Source of the DNA: Nitrospiraceae bacterium
Lineage (GTDB): Bacteria; Nitrospirota; Nitrospiria; Nitrospirales; Nitrospiraceae
NCBI GenBank assembly: GCA_051293835.1
Contig: JBPKMA010000001.1
Coordinates: 309,952-373,951 of the forward strand
Reading direction: 5' to 3'
Length of the DNA stretch: 64,000 nucleotides
Shown here: positions 55,988-64,000 of the stretch, one piece after another
Layout of the letters: the number at the start of each line of letters is the position of its first letter
Position numbering within the stretch: position 1 is the stretch's first letter
Position numbers and translations under genes: made by a program
Notes under the pieces: model-generated
Seen by the model: the letters and a program-made list of their open reading frames with translations, nothing else
Told to the model about the DNA's origin: nothing
The model's database searches: none

Positions 55988-56380
55988 TTATCGCTTTGAG
56001 TATTGGAAACGCTTCCGTGCCCCCTTCTGGCCGTACTTTTTCCGCTCTTTGACACGCGAGTCGCGTGTCAGCAATCCTTCCTTCTTGAGCGGTTCGCGAA
56101 GCGCCGGGTTCATTGTCACCAGGGCCTTGGCGATCGCATGCCGCAGGGCTCCAGCTTGACCGGCCAGCCCGCCTCCATGGACGGTTGCCCGAACCGAATA
56201 TTTCCCCATCAATCCGGTTAACTCCAGAGGGTGCTGGATAACGTGCTGCAAGGTTAGCCGAGGAAACGCTTTCTCCAACGGCTTCCCATCGATCGTGATT
56301 TCGCCGGGGGTGGCGGAAACCCAGGCCCGTGCAATGGCGCATTTCCGCTTCCCAACAGCATGTTCCGTCATCACTGCCAT
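55988..56380 (-). CDS. rpsI: 30S ribosomal protein S9
   Basis: 130 aa from ATG 56380. GKRKCAIARAW..., C-terminal KKYGQKGARKRFQYSKR. The tracked longer ORF overlaps rplM. Confidence 0.93.
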   Translation of the reverse strand: MAVMTEHAVGKRKCAIARAWVSATPGEITIDGKPLEKAFPRLTLQHVIQHPLELTGLMGKYSVRATVHGGGLAGQAGALRHAIAKALVTMNPALREPLKKEGLLTRDSRVKERKKYGQKGARKRFQYSKR

Positions 56381-56427
56381 GCTCTTCCTGCCTCCTTGTG
56401 TCTCGTTGGCGTTTGGGTCTGAGTCCG

Positions 56428-56856
56428 TTACAGGTTGATCGGTTCCGGACGTTGAGCCTGATGGGGGTGAGCCGTCCCCGCGTAGACCTTGAGTTTTCTT
56501 CCCATCCGTTTGCCCAGCGGCGATTTCGGCAACATGCCTTTGATGGCCCTTTCCACCAATAGGGTAGGGTTCTTGGCATGCACGTGTTCGGCGGTCAGAA
56601 CTTTGAGTCCGCCGGGGTAGCCAGTGTGATGGATGTACGTCTTCGTTTTGAATTTGTCTCCGGTCAACCGGATTTTGTCTGCATTCACGACCACCACGTG
56701 GTCTCCCGTGTCCACATGTGGAGTGAACGTGGGTTTGTGCTTTCCCCTCAGGAGGATCGCGACGCGAGAAGCCAACCGTCCAAGCGTCTTCCCTTCGGCG
56801 TCCACCAGATACCACTTTCGTCTGACATCGGTCGGTTTCGCCAAATACGTGGTCAT
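56428..56856 (-). CDS. rplM: 50S ribosomal protein L13
   Basis: 142 aa. [17 protein letters not shown]..., HHTGYPGG. Confidence 0.93.
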   Translation of the reverse strand: MTTYLAKPTDVRRKWYLVDAEGKTLGRLASRVAILLRGKHKPTFTPHVDTGDHVVVVNADKIRLTGDKFKTKTYIHHTGYPGGLKVLTAEHVHAKNPTLLVERAIKGMLPKSPLGKRMGRKLKVYAGTAHPHQAQRPEPINL

Positions 56857-56894
56857 AACCAGAAGCTCTCCTTCGTCAGCTCATGATCCGGCCG

Positions 56895-57371
56895 CTATGC
56901 TTCCTGCGCTCCGAGATTTCTTGTTGCGAATTTAACCAGCCATGCGTCTAAATTGCCACCGCTTCGACGCCTGAACACGTCTTCGGTGACGTAAATTGGT
57001 GAATGGGTTCTCAGGGCCAGTGCAATGGCGTCGCTGGGCCGCGCATCGAGCGTCCGCTCAACCCCTTTAAAGGCCAAGTGGATGGTCGCGTAGTAGGTGC
57101 GGTCCTTCACATCGGAGACTACCACCCGTTGCACCCGCACGTTTAAATGATCAACGAAGCTCTTCATGAGGTCATGGCTCATCGGCCTGTGTGTCACTAT
57201 CCCCTCAAGTGCCAGTTGGATCGCATTGCCTTCGGCCGCACCAACCCAGATCGGGAGCACATCCGTGCGTCGATCGTTCTGAAGTATCACGATCTGCGTC
57301 TCGGTGTTGGGATCAGGTACGATCCTCAGCACTTTCACTTCAATAAGATCGCCTGCGTCTTTCTGTTCCAT
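56895..57371 (-). CDS. Bifunctional-nuclease (BFN/DUF151) domain protein, copy B
   Basis: 158 aa. VLPIWVGAAEGNAIQLAL..., RPMSHDLM, YYATIHL, DARPSDAIALALR. Confidence 0.8.
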   Translation of the reverse strand: MEQKDAGDLIEVKVLRIVPDPNTETQIVILQNDRRTDVLPIWVGAAEGNAIQLALEGIVTHRPMSHDLMKSFVDHLNVRVQRVVVSDVKDRTYYATIHLAFKGVERTLDARPSDAIALALRTHSPIYVTEDVFRRRSGGNLDAWLVKFATRNLGAQEA

Positions 57372-57443
57372 GGTGTTCTGACGGGAATTCAGAGCTTGAT
57401 GGCGTGTGAGATAGGTTGCTGGTGCGTGAGGGTCGGCTGTCAG

Positions 57444-57899
57444 TCAGGATTCGTATTTGCCGAAGTCCTCAGGTTTGAGATTTTCAAGCCACTGCTCCAG
57501 CTCTTCCGATGTCTGTTTGCGGATCACGGTCTCGCTGGCGAAAATCGGCGCGTTGGCACGCAACGCCAGAGCGATAGCGTCGCTCGGCCTAGAATCGATG
57601 GTGTACTCGGAGTCCGAGTACATCAGGTGAATTTTGGCGTAATAGGTGTTCTCGTTCAAGTCCGTGATGACGACGCTGATGACTTTGGCGTCCACCAAGT
57701 CCAGCAACGCTTTCATCAGGTCGTGCGTCATGGGTCTCGGCGCGGCAATGTTCTCCAGAGCTAAACTGATGGCGCTCGCTTCCGACTTCCCGATCCAAAT
57801 CGGGAGCATCTCGGAGTGCTCTTCGTCCTTGAGGATCACGATGTACGCGTTGTTATAGGGGTCAAACATTAACCCCCGGACTCTGAGCTGGGTAATCAC
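57444..57899 (-). CDS. Bifunctional-nuclease (BFN/DUF151) domain protein, copy A
   Basis: 151 aa (GTG start). MLPIWIGKSEASAISLAL, RPMTHDLM, YYAKIHL, DSRPSDAIALALR. Confidence 0.8.
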   Translation of the reverse strand: MITQLRVRGLMFDPYNNAYIVILKDEEHSEMLPIWIGKSEASAISLALENIAAPRPMTHDLMKALLDLVDAKVISVVITDLNENTYYAKIHLMYSDSEYTIDSRPSDAIALALRANAPIFASETVIRKQTSEELEQWLENLKPEDFGKYES

Positions 57900-57958
57900 G
57901 TCACCTAGTCTCCTCTGGCGTATTCACAGCGAGGCTTGACTAACCGAGATAGTAAATC

Positions 57959-57988
57959 AATCTAGCACTTCTCAAAACGGCATGTCAA
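57959..57988 (-). promoter_or_regulatory. Sigma70-like promoter of the BFN gene pair
   Basis: Minus strand: TTGACA (57988-57983), 18-nt spacer, TAGATT (57964-57959). Confidence 0.45.
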
Positions 57989-58154
57989 CGAAACTGTTGT
58001 GCCTGGCAACCCGACGGGCAGGAAGTCAGAAAGGTCAACCCGTAAACCGTCTGCGGACTGCGGAACGAGGCTGACCAGGATTAAAAGAGGTATAAAGAGG
58101 TATAAAAAAAGTTAACGGGAGGTCCTATCTTTTGGGCAAGATTTCCTTCTGTGG

Positions 58155-58433
58155 TTACTGCGGGGGACGGTAATTTTGATCCAGCTTGGAAGTGTCGACC
58201 GGCTCGCCAAGTTTCAGAAACGCTCGCATCTGCTTTTTGACCAACTCGCGGCCGCTTTCTTCGCCCAGGTTCACCTGATACTCGTTGATCACCATCACCC
58301 TCATGCTTTCCCATTTCTTCCAACAGTTCTTACAGACCTTGGCTTTGATCTCCGCTTCCAACTTTCCCATGAAGATCGGATCGGTGATGGCTTCTCCCTG
58401 TTGTCCACAGGTGACACATTGAACGGCCGCCAT
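58155..58433 (-). CDS. yggX: Fe(2+)-trafficking / oxidative-damage protection protein (YggX family)
   Basis: ATG 58433 after AAGGAGGA. VQCVTCGQQGEAI...CKNCWKKWESMRVMVINEYQVNL. Confidence 0.8.
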   Translation of the reverse strand: MAAVQCVTCGQQGEAITDPIFMGKLEAEIKAKVCKNCWKKWESMRVMVINEYQVNLGEESGRELVKKQMRAFLKLGEPVDTSKLDQNYRPPQ

Positions 58434-58595
58434 TGAAAAATGTCCTCCTTGCCGAACTAGACCGACAGTTGCGCTCAAGCCAACGACATTTTAGCATTGC
58501 TATCCACCGAAAAAAAGAGCTTTCAGTGCAATTGACGATCACCAGGCTTCATGTTAGAAGAGGCCTCGCCTACGTGTCTGGATCGTGGGGCTGTT

Positions 58596-58682
58596 GCCCG
58601 GATGGCGGAACTGGCAGACGCGCCAGACTCAAAATCTGGTTCTCGCAAGAGAGTGGGAGTTCGATCCTCCCTCCGGGCACCA
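58596..58682 (+). tRNA. tRNA-Leu (anticodon CAA), CCA encoded
   Basis: Cloverleaf folded by hand. Acceptor GCCCGGA/TCCGGGC, anticodon stem CCAGA/TCTGG with loop CUCAAAA, long variable arm, T-arm GGGAG-TTCGATC-CTCCC, discriminator A + CCA. Confidence 0.92.
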
Positions 58683-58730
58683 TACCCCCAAAATCGCGAG
58701 ATTTCCCCTCTCGGATCCGGCACACGCCCC

Positions 58731-58760
58731 TTGACATGCTCCAGCCGTATGTCCTATAGT
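58731..58760 (+). promoter_or_regulatory. Sigma70-like promoter of the secreted-protein gene
   Basis: TTGACA (58731-58736), 18-nt spacer, TATAGT (58755-58760), about 95 nt upstream of ATG 58856. Confidence 0.45.
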
Positions 58761-58855
58761 TCCGGCAACTTAAGAGTAGTGGAATCGTTTTACGGCACAG
58801 GCGGTTTTGTCGTTCATTTTTCATCTTAAATAACTCACTTACAAGGAGGCAGCAC

Positions 58856-59587
58856 ATGCGTAAGGTGGTCGCATTTGGAGCTGCGGTTCTCATGGTTGGC
58901 TCCGTGAGCATTGCAATGGCCCAGGAACGCCTGCCGCAACACTCTGGCTTCGGCACAGGGGTCGGTGAGAACGCCGGTGTCGGTTCGCGTTCCCAGATCT
59001 GGGATCGGGCCGCATTCCTTGAATATCTTTCCCAGCCGGAAACGATTTATGGCCGTGTACTGGCGATCGATATTCCGGCAGGAAAGATGCTTCTGGAGAC
59101 GGGAGGAAGCTCGCATGACGAAGGGCGAGCGGGGACAGGTACCCTTTCGGTTCTGACGGCTTACTTTGACGATAAGACGAATATGGATCAGATTAAGGTG
59201 CTCAATGCGGGGGACGATATCTCATTGCAAGTAGTGGAGGCCACCTCTCCCAATCAGCCGTTTGGAACGGGCCGAAAGTTGGTGCGACAGGTGACGGTCA
59301 TTCGCGGTAACGAGAAGTTGGCCGGCTTCGGCGGGCTGGGGCAGCGGCCGAATCCTTATACCGAACGCGGCATTGAAACGCAAAACCTCAGTGTTACCGG
59401 CGGTGTGATTGGTCAGGTGCTTCCTGGCGAAATCAATACTGGGATCGTCAGTCCGATCGGTGAAATCACGGGCGCCGCGCCCTGTTGGCAGTGCGAACCG
59501 CAGCCGGGCTGGGGGTATGGCTCGAGCAACAAATCAGACTATGGTACTGATCCGACGAAGCCCAACCTGGTGAAGGGCATCAACTAG
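58856..59587 (+). CDS. Hypothetical secreted protein
   Basis: AAGGAGG upstream. Signal peptide MRKVVAFGAAVLMVGSVSIAMA. 243 aa. No family recognised. Confidence 0.6.
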   Translation: MRKVVAFGAAVLMVGSVSIAMAQERLPQHSGFGTGVGENAGVGSRSQIWDRAAFLEYLSQPETIYGRVLAIDIPAGKMLLETGGSSHDEGRAGTGTLSVLTAYFDDKTNMDQIKVLNAGDDISLQVVEATSPNQPFGTGRKLVRQVTVIRGNEKLAGFGGLGQRPNPYTERGIETQNLSVTGGVIGQVLPGEINTGIVSPIGEITGAAPCWQCEPQPGWGYGSSNKSDYGTDPTKPNLVKGIN

Positions 59588-59625
59588 GGCACTAACGAAA
59601 GCTCAGCTGGCCTGTGACAGGCCGA

Positions 59626-59674
59626 GAAGAGGGGACGGCTGTTCGCGAGCCGTCCCCTCTTCTTATTTTTTTTC
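59626..59674 (+). terminator. Rho-independent terminator
   Basis: GAAGAGGGGACGGCT-gttcgcg-AGCCGTCCCCTCTTC (15-bp perfect stem) followed by TTATTTTTTTTC. Confidence 0.85.
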
Positions 59675-59757
59675 TTATTCTTCCGCTAGCTTTGCCGATC
59701 TGAGGGTGCCCGCTTTTTCATGCTGTCCGGGTAAGTCCGACGGCTTTTGGTGACTGC

Positions 59758-59786
59758 TTGAAAGCGGATGATGCGCCTGATAGCAT
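59758..59786 (+). promoter_or_regulatory. Possible sigma70-like promoter of the TusA-like gene
   Basis: TTGAAA (59758-59763), 17-nt spacer, TAGCAT (59781-59786). Confidence 0.3.
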
Positions 59787-59825
59787 CGAGGCGTAACCCG
59801 AGCAGGAAACGCAAAGGGGGAGCAA

Positions 59826-60089
59826 ATGACTCGTCAAGAGGAGATGTGTGACGTTCAGCCGGATGCGGAATTAGATCTCCGTGGAGTCATCTGTCCTTAC
59901 AATTTTGTGAAGACCAAGCTCAAGCTCGAAGCGATGGAACCGGGACAGGTGTTGGCGGTGATTCTGGATGACGGCGAGCCGATCCGTAATGTGCCGCGCA
60001 GCGTAACGGCTGACGGCCATACAATCTTGGCCCAAGAGCCGTTGGAACGCTCCTTCCGTGTCATCATTCGAAAGCGAATGAACGAATAG
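59826..60089 (+). CDS. TusA/SirA-family sulfurtransferase-like protein
   Basis: 87 aa. LDLRGVICPYNFVKTKLKLEAM..GQVLAVILDD has the conserved Cys-Pro motif. Confidence 0.8.
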   Translation: MTRQEEMCDVQPDAELDLRGVICPYNFVKTKLKLEAMEPGQVLAVILDDGEPIRNVPRSVTADGHTILAQEPLERSFRVIIRKRMNE

Positions 60090-60107
60090 TCCGATTCATC
60101 GATTATT

Positions 60108-60827
60108 TTATTTTCCCTCAAGGTCATTCCGCCGGTTCTTTCCTTCAACGACGACCGTCGCTTCGCCCCGCGGAAGCTTCCAGTCCGTTCGGCGAAGCAA
60201 ATCGGAGATTCGGCCGCGCAGAAACCGTTCACTAGGCTTCGTCATATCCTGGGCGATGACGATCCGCCGATCCCCGAGAAACGACCGGATGGCCACGAGG
60301 ATCGATCGCAGAGACCGCGCCGGCGCGTACAGTACGAGGACGCGATCGTCTCGACGCCGGGCCTCGAAGAAGCGCCGTCGCGCGAGGTTCCGCACAGGGA
60401 CCCGGCCGTGAAACGAAAACGAATCACCGGAAAACCCCGAGACCGACAAAGCTGCTGTCACGGCGGAAGGGCCGGGGATCGGGACGACAGGAATGCCCGC
60501 CTGAGCGGCTTGGGCGGTAAGGAGGCAGCCGGGGTCGACAATGGCGGGCGTACCGGCATCAACCACCAGCGCGATACTCTGTCCTTGGCGAAGCCGGTCG
60601 ATAAGCACGGGAATTTTATCCGCACAGTTCCCGCGGTGGTAGCTCGTCAATGTCGTCTCAATCGCATAGCGATCGAGTAAGGCCCGGATGACGAGCGGAT
60701 CTTCAGCCGCAATCACGGTCACCTCCCTCAACACCTTGAGCGCGCGAAGCGTGATGTCCTCATGGTTGCCGATCGGCAGACCGACGACGTACAAGGAACC
60801 GACGGATGTCGAGGCGCATTTCAGCAT
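60108..60827 (-). CDS. rsmI: 16S rRNA (cytidine1402-2'-O)-methyltransferase (tetrapyrrole-methylase fold)
   Basis: ATG 60827. LYVVGLPIGNHEDITLRALKVLREVTVIAAED, VVDAGTPAIVDPG. Confidence 0.8.
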   Translation of the reverse strand: MLKCASTSVGSLYVVGLPIGNHEDITLRALKVLREVTVIAAEDPLVIRALLDRYAIETTLTSYHRGNCADKIPVLIDRLRQGQSIALVVDAGTPAIVDPGCLLTAQAAQAGIPVVPIPGPSAVTAALSVSGFSGDSFSFHGRVPVRNLARRRFFEARRRDDRVLVLYAPARSLRSILVAIRSFLGDRRIVIAQDMTKPSERFLRGRISDLLRRTDWKLPRGEATVVVEGKNRRNDLEGK

Positions 60828-60929
60828 TGCACAAGCGGGCCTTTCTTGACTCTCATCTTGAGGCGCCGATATAATTTGCAATTCTGAAGCCGCCCGTTTT
60901 TTCTGGAAAGTTGAGGAGATAGACCCAAT

Positions 60930-61733
60930 ATGGCGGTCTTCTTCTTCACGGCGACGATGGTGCTCTATTTGGCGGGCACCGTGTTCTTTCTCGCCTACTT
61001 GTTGCGGCGGTCAGAGGCTCTTTCCAAGGTTTCGCTGGGGGTCACCGCTGTCGGTTTCGGAGTCCACACGCTGGCGCTTGCGATGCGAATGCTCGGAACG
61101 GACCAGGCCCCGCTTCCGAGTTTTCATGAGGCGCTGTCTTTTTTCGCCTGGACACTGGTCCTCGTCTTCCTGGCCGTTGAATTTCGGCATCGCATTCACG
61201 TTCTCGGCTCCTTTATTCTGCCTCTGGCGTTGTTGTCTCTCGTCTCTGCCGCCGTCCTCCCGGAGCAAGTGCCGACACTGAAGCCTGTTCTGAAGACCTT
61301 ATGGGTCCACGTGGCGCTCAGTATGCTAGGCGCGGTCGGATTCGCCGTCGCGTTCGTCGCCGGTGTAATGTACCTCATTCAGGACGGGTTGTTGAAGTCG
61401 AAGCGGTTCAATGTCTTGTACACCAAACTGCCCGCGCTGGACTTCTTGGATCATCTCAACCAACAGTCGATCGTGTTCGGTTTTCCGCTCCTGACACTGG
61501 GCATCATCACGGGAGCGATTTCGGCAGGATTAACTAAGGGTTCTTACTTGAGCTGGAATCCCGAACAGACCTGGGCGCTTGTGACCTGGTTCTTTTATTT
61601 TGTGGTGCTCCTGGGTCGCTTGACGGTGGGCTGGAGGGCCAAGCGGGCGGCTTATCTGACCATCATCGGGTTTGCCGGTGTCATCCTGACGTTGGTAGGC
61701 GTTGTGCTCAAGGGGCACGGACAGGTTTCCTGA
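60930..61733 (+). CDS. Cytochrome c assembly protein family membrane protein (CcsA/HemX-like) preceding hemA
   Basis: 267 aa, 8 hydrophobic segments. Trp-rich motif SYLSWNPEQTWALVTWFFY. Position upstream of hemA as in hemAX-type operons. Confidence 0.75.
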   Translation: MAVFFFTATMVLYLAGTVFFLAYLLRRSEALSKVSLGVTAVGFGVHTLALAMRMLGTDQAPLPSFHEALSFFAWTLVLVFLAVEFRHRIHVLGSFILPLALLSLVSAAVLPEQVPTLKPVLKTLWVHVALSMLGAVGFAVAFVAGVMYLIQDGLLKSKRFNVLYTKLPALDFLDHLNQQSIVFGFPLLTLGIITGAISAGLTKGSYLSWNPEQTWALVTWFFYFVVLLGRLTVGWRAKRAAYLTIIGFAGVILTLVGVVLKGHGQVS

Positions 61734-61734
61734 C

Positions 61735-63150
61735 ATGAACATCATCGTTGTCGGGCTCAGTCATAAAACGGCTCCGATTGAAATCCGCGAGCGGTTAGCG
61801 GTTCCTGAAAGCCGGATGGGCGAGGCGCTCAGCCGCCTATGCTCGTACCCTGGGATCAAGGAAGGCATCCTTCTCTCCACGTGCAACCGCGTCGAAGTTT
61901 ACGCGGTGGTTGAGGACATCGAGTCAGGATATAGCCGAGTGCAGGAATTCCTCGCCGACACGCATCTCTCTCTCTCCTCAGAACAGTTGACTCCTCATCT
62001 TTACTGGCATGCTGGGGACAAGGCCATTGCGCACCTGTTTCGGGTTGCTGCCAGCTTGGATTCGATGATCGTCGGCGAGTCGCAGATTCTGGGACAATTA
62101 AAAGACGCCTTTGAGATCGCCCTTGCGCACAAGGCGACGGGATTGATTCTGAACAAGGTTGTGAAAAAAGCCATCTCCGTGGCCAAGCGCGTACGGACCG
62201 AAACCAAGATTGCGGAAATGGCCGTCTCTGTGAGCTACGCAGCCGTGGAATTGGCCAAGAAGATTTTCTCCAATCTTCGTGAAAAAACGGTGCTCCTGGT
62301 AGGGGCGGGTGAAATGGCCAAGCTGGCGGCGCGGCATCTGATGGCGCACGGCGTGCACCAGGTCCGGATCACCACACGTAATCCTCACGCTGCGATGGAT
62401 CTGGCCCGTCGGTTTAACGCGATGCCCATTCCGTTCGAGGAGTTCCGTGACGATATGGCCACAGCGGACATCGTGCTCGTCTCGACCGGTGCATCTCATT
62501 ATTTGATTAGCGCCGAAGACGTGCAGCGGGCAGTCCGCCAGCGGATGAACCGGCCCATGTTTCTGATCGATATTTCCGTCCCCCGAAACATCGATCCGGC
62601 GGTTCGACACATCGACAACGCGTTTCTCTTCGACATCGATGACCTCAAGATGCGGGTCGAGCAGAATCGGGAAGAACGGCTGCAGGAAGCCGAGAAGGCC
62701 GAGCGGATGGTAGCAGAGGAAGTGGTCGTTTTGCGGCAATGGCTCAAATCCTTGGAAGTCACCCCAACGATCGTTGCTCTTCGTGCCAGAACGGAGGAAA
62801 TCAAGCGCGCGGAACTGGAGAAGACGTTGGGCCGTTTGGGGCATCTTTCGACCCACGAGCGGGAGTTGGTGCAGAATTTGGCGTCGGCCATAGTGAACAA
62901 ACTCATTCACGGGACCATGGTGACGCTCAAGGCCGAGGCCAATTCATCGGATGGAGCCATGTTCGTCGAGGCGGCCCGCCGATTCTTTTGCCTAGAAGAG
63001 GCGCCGACGGGCCGATCTGGCGACGGGAACCGCAGCGATAGATGGGACCGCTTTGCCCGGCTGGTAACTCCCGCTCCGAGGCCGGAGCCTTTTGTGGCAG
63101 AAGAAGCAACAGAAGCTTCAGGGGAACAGGCGGGAGAGAAGAAGAGGTAG
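61735..63150 (+). CDS. hemA: Glutamyl-tRNA reductase
   Basis: ATG 61735 (MNIIVVGLSHKTAPIEIRE). Catalytic Cys motif LSTCNRVEVY. NADPH fold VLLVGAGEMAKL. About 45-aa charged C-terminal tail. Confidence 0.93.
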   Translation: MNIIVVGLSHKTAPIEIRERLAVPESRMGEALSRLCSYPGIKEGILLSTCNRVEVYAVVEDIESGYSRVQEFLADTHLSLSSEQLTPHLYWHAGDKAIAHLFRVAASLDSMIVGESQILGQLKDAFEIALAHKATGLILNKVVKKAISVAKRVRTETKIAEMAVSVSYAAVELAKKIFSNLREKTVLLVGAGEMAKLAARHLMAHGVHQVRITTRNPHAAMDLARRFNAMPIPFEEFRDDMATADIVLVSTGASHYLISAEDVQRAVRQRMNRPMFLIDISVPRNIDPAVRHIDNAFLFDIDDLKMRVEQNREERLQEAEKAERMVAEEVVVLRQWLKSLEVTPTIVALRARTEEIKRAELEKTLGRLGHLSTHERELVQNLASAIVNKLIHGTMVTLKAEANSSDGAMFVEAARRFFCLEEAPTGRSGDGNRSDRWDRFARLVTPAPRPEPFVAEEATEASGEQAGEKKR

Positions 63151-63623
63151 TGTCAAGCCTTATTGGCCGATGCGCCGGATGAGGCCCTTGGATTCGGGAT
63201 TGCGTGCCGACAGGCTCCAAACTCTTCACCTGCCCGAAGTGCCTGCATTCGCATCTGGGGCATGATCCGTTGCCCGATCGTCCGCGGTGCAGATTTGACT
63301 ACTGGGAGCGGCAAGGGTACCGCTGGAACGTCGTTGTCTATCTTCTGACCATCCTTGGCTTGGTCAGCGTTCTCTTGGTCTCGTCGCATTACCGGGGATT
63401 GCTCGGGCTGGCGCTGCCTCTGGTAGATCCCGCGGTGAGGCAGCAAGCACTCGAAGAGCAACTGTCCGGTGTGGACCGGCGAACGGAGTTTGATGCGTTA
63501 CGGACTCCTGCTGCGGATCCTGGACGAGAGCCGGTTGCCGAAACATCGCGTTGGATGCCGCAATCGGCAAGTTGGTGTGAGGGGAGTTGGACGGTGACAG
63601 TGACGAACGGCGGGCGCAGATCG

Positions 63624-64000
63624 ATGGTGCTCGGAACCCGAGGGAGCAAGCTGGCTCTTCGACAGAGCGAATGGGTGCGGACGCGGTTGCAGGAGATTTC
63701 GCCAGAGGTGTCAGTATCACTCAGGCGGATTCAGACCTCCGGTGACAAGATTCTCGACGTCGCGCTTGCGAGGATCGGGGGCAAGGGACTCTTTGTTAAA
63801 GAAATTGAAGAGGCGCTTCTGCAAGGCGAGATCGATCTCGCGGTTCATAGCATGAAAGATGTGCCGACTACGCTGCCGGAGGGCCTTGCCATCCTCTGCG
63901 TACCCGTGCGGGAAGATCCTCGCGACGTTTTGATTGCTCGGAATGGCCACGCGTTTTCGCAGTTGCCGACGGGAGCTCGGATCGGAACGAGCAGCCTGCG
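63624..64000 (+). CDS. hemC: Hydroxymethylbilane synthase (porphobilinogen deaminase), 5' part; runs off the window; true start may lie upstream
   Basis: MVLGTRGSKLALRQSEWV...IQTSGDKILD...IGGKGLFVKEIEEALL.GEIDLAVHSMKDVP. The frame has no stop back to 63183 (see finding). Not in the ORF track because no stop is reached. Confidence 0.9.
   Translation, partial: MVLGTRGSKLALRQSEWVRTRLQEISPEVSVSLRRIQTSGDKILDVALARIGGKGLFVKEIEEALLQGEIDLAVHSMKDVPTTLPEGLAILCVPVREDPRDVLIARNGHAFSQLPTGARIGTSSL

Noticed and set aside
51800-56815. Long N-terminal extensions suggested by the ORF track for tsf (to 52600), rpsB (to 53288), frr (to 51088) and rpsI (to 56815)
   Set aside because: The extensions are Arg/Ser/Pro-rich, overlap the upstream genes and lack homology. 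Internal ATGs with good Shine-Dalgarno sequences reproduce the canonical N-termini.
58084-58103. Tandem 10-bp direct repeat AAAGAGGTAT x2 followed by an A7 run downstream of yggX
   Set aside because: Only two copies are present and no hairpin precedes the T-run on the minus strand. It is probably a slippage duplication in an AT-rich spacer, not a functional repeat or terminator.
58596-59700. tRNA-Leu as an integration site for a genomic island
   Set aside because: I saw no integrase, no direct repeat of the tRNA 3' end downstream and no compositional break. The next gene has its own promoter and a strong terminator, and housekeeping genes follow.
1-64000. CRISPR arrays, IS elements, prophage or integrative elements, and rRNA genes
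   Set aside because: By eye I found no repeat-spacer periodicity and no transposase, integrase, recombinase or phage structural motifs in any frame. I also saw no terminal inverted repeats and no rRNA-like segments.

Overview
64-kb chromosomal segment, roughly 58-60% GC by eye, densely coding on both strands. I found no rRNA, CRISPR array, transposase or integrase. The protein repertoire and gene order look like a Nitrospira/Nitrospirota-type bacterium, but that is inference only. Most of the window is housekeeping: czcCBA-type metal efflux, def, an MsbA-like ABC exporter, hemW, a Ca2+/H+ exchanger, mlaDFE, alr, rpsB-tsf-pyrH-frr, rplM-rpsI-argC-argJ, tRNA-Leu(CAA), rsmI, and ccsA-like/hemA/hemC. 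Five parts deserve follow-up. (1) An orphan enzyme island at about 29.5-38.5 kb. It contains a ProA-like protein whose catalytic Cys is replaced by Pro and a methyltransferase in the same frame behind a single UGA. It also has two tandem 628/650-aa B12-domain radical SAM paralogues with a CX4CX2C motif, a J-like protein with HPH instead of HPD, a DUF512-like radical SAM and a 2OG-oxygenase-like protein. No substrate or scaffold gene is visible. (2) An eight-gene operon at 9.0-14.4 kb that concatenates two ubiquitin-like sulfur-carrier modules: ThiS-like + CysK/M, and ThrC-like + MoaD-like + NIL. It has two E1-like enzymes and one JAMM protease, and both carriers end in GG-Arg. (3) A decayed methionine-salvage operon (mtnB-mtnD-mtnC) at 27.1-28.7 kb with several frameshifts, an in-frame TAG and a deletion. 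(4) A 440-nt frame upstream of hemC, open and in frame with it, that encodes a Cys-rich segment and a transmembrane helix. (5) A co-directional six-gene unit at 14.5-19.6 kb combining two flavoenzymes, a PLD/Nuc-type HKD protein, a nucleotidyltransferase-fold protein with NxN in place of DxD, and a TPM protein. All family calls come from motif recognition by eye. No database search was run.
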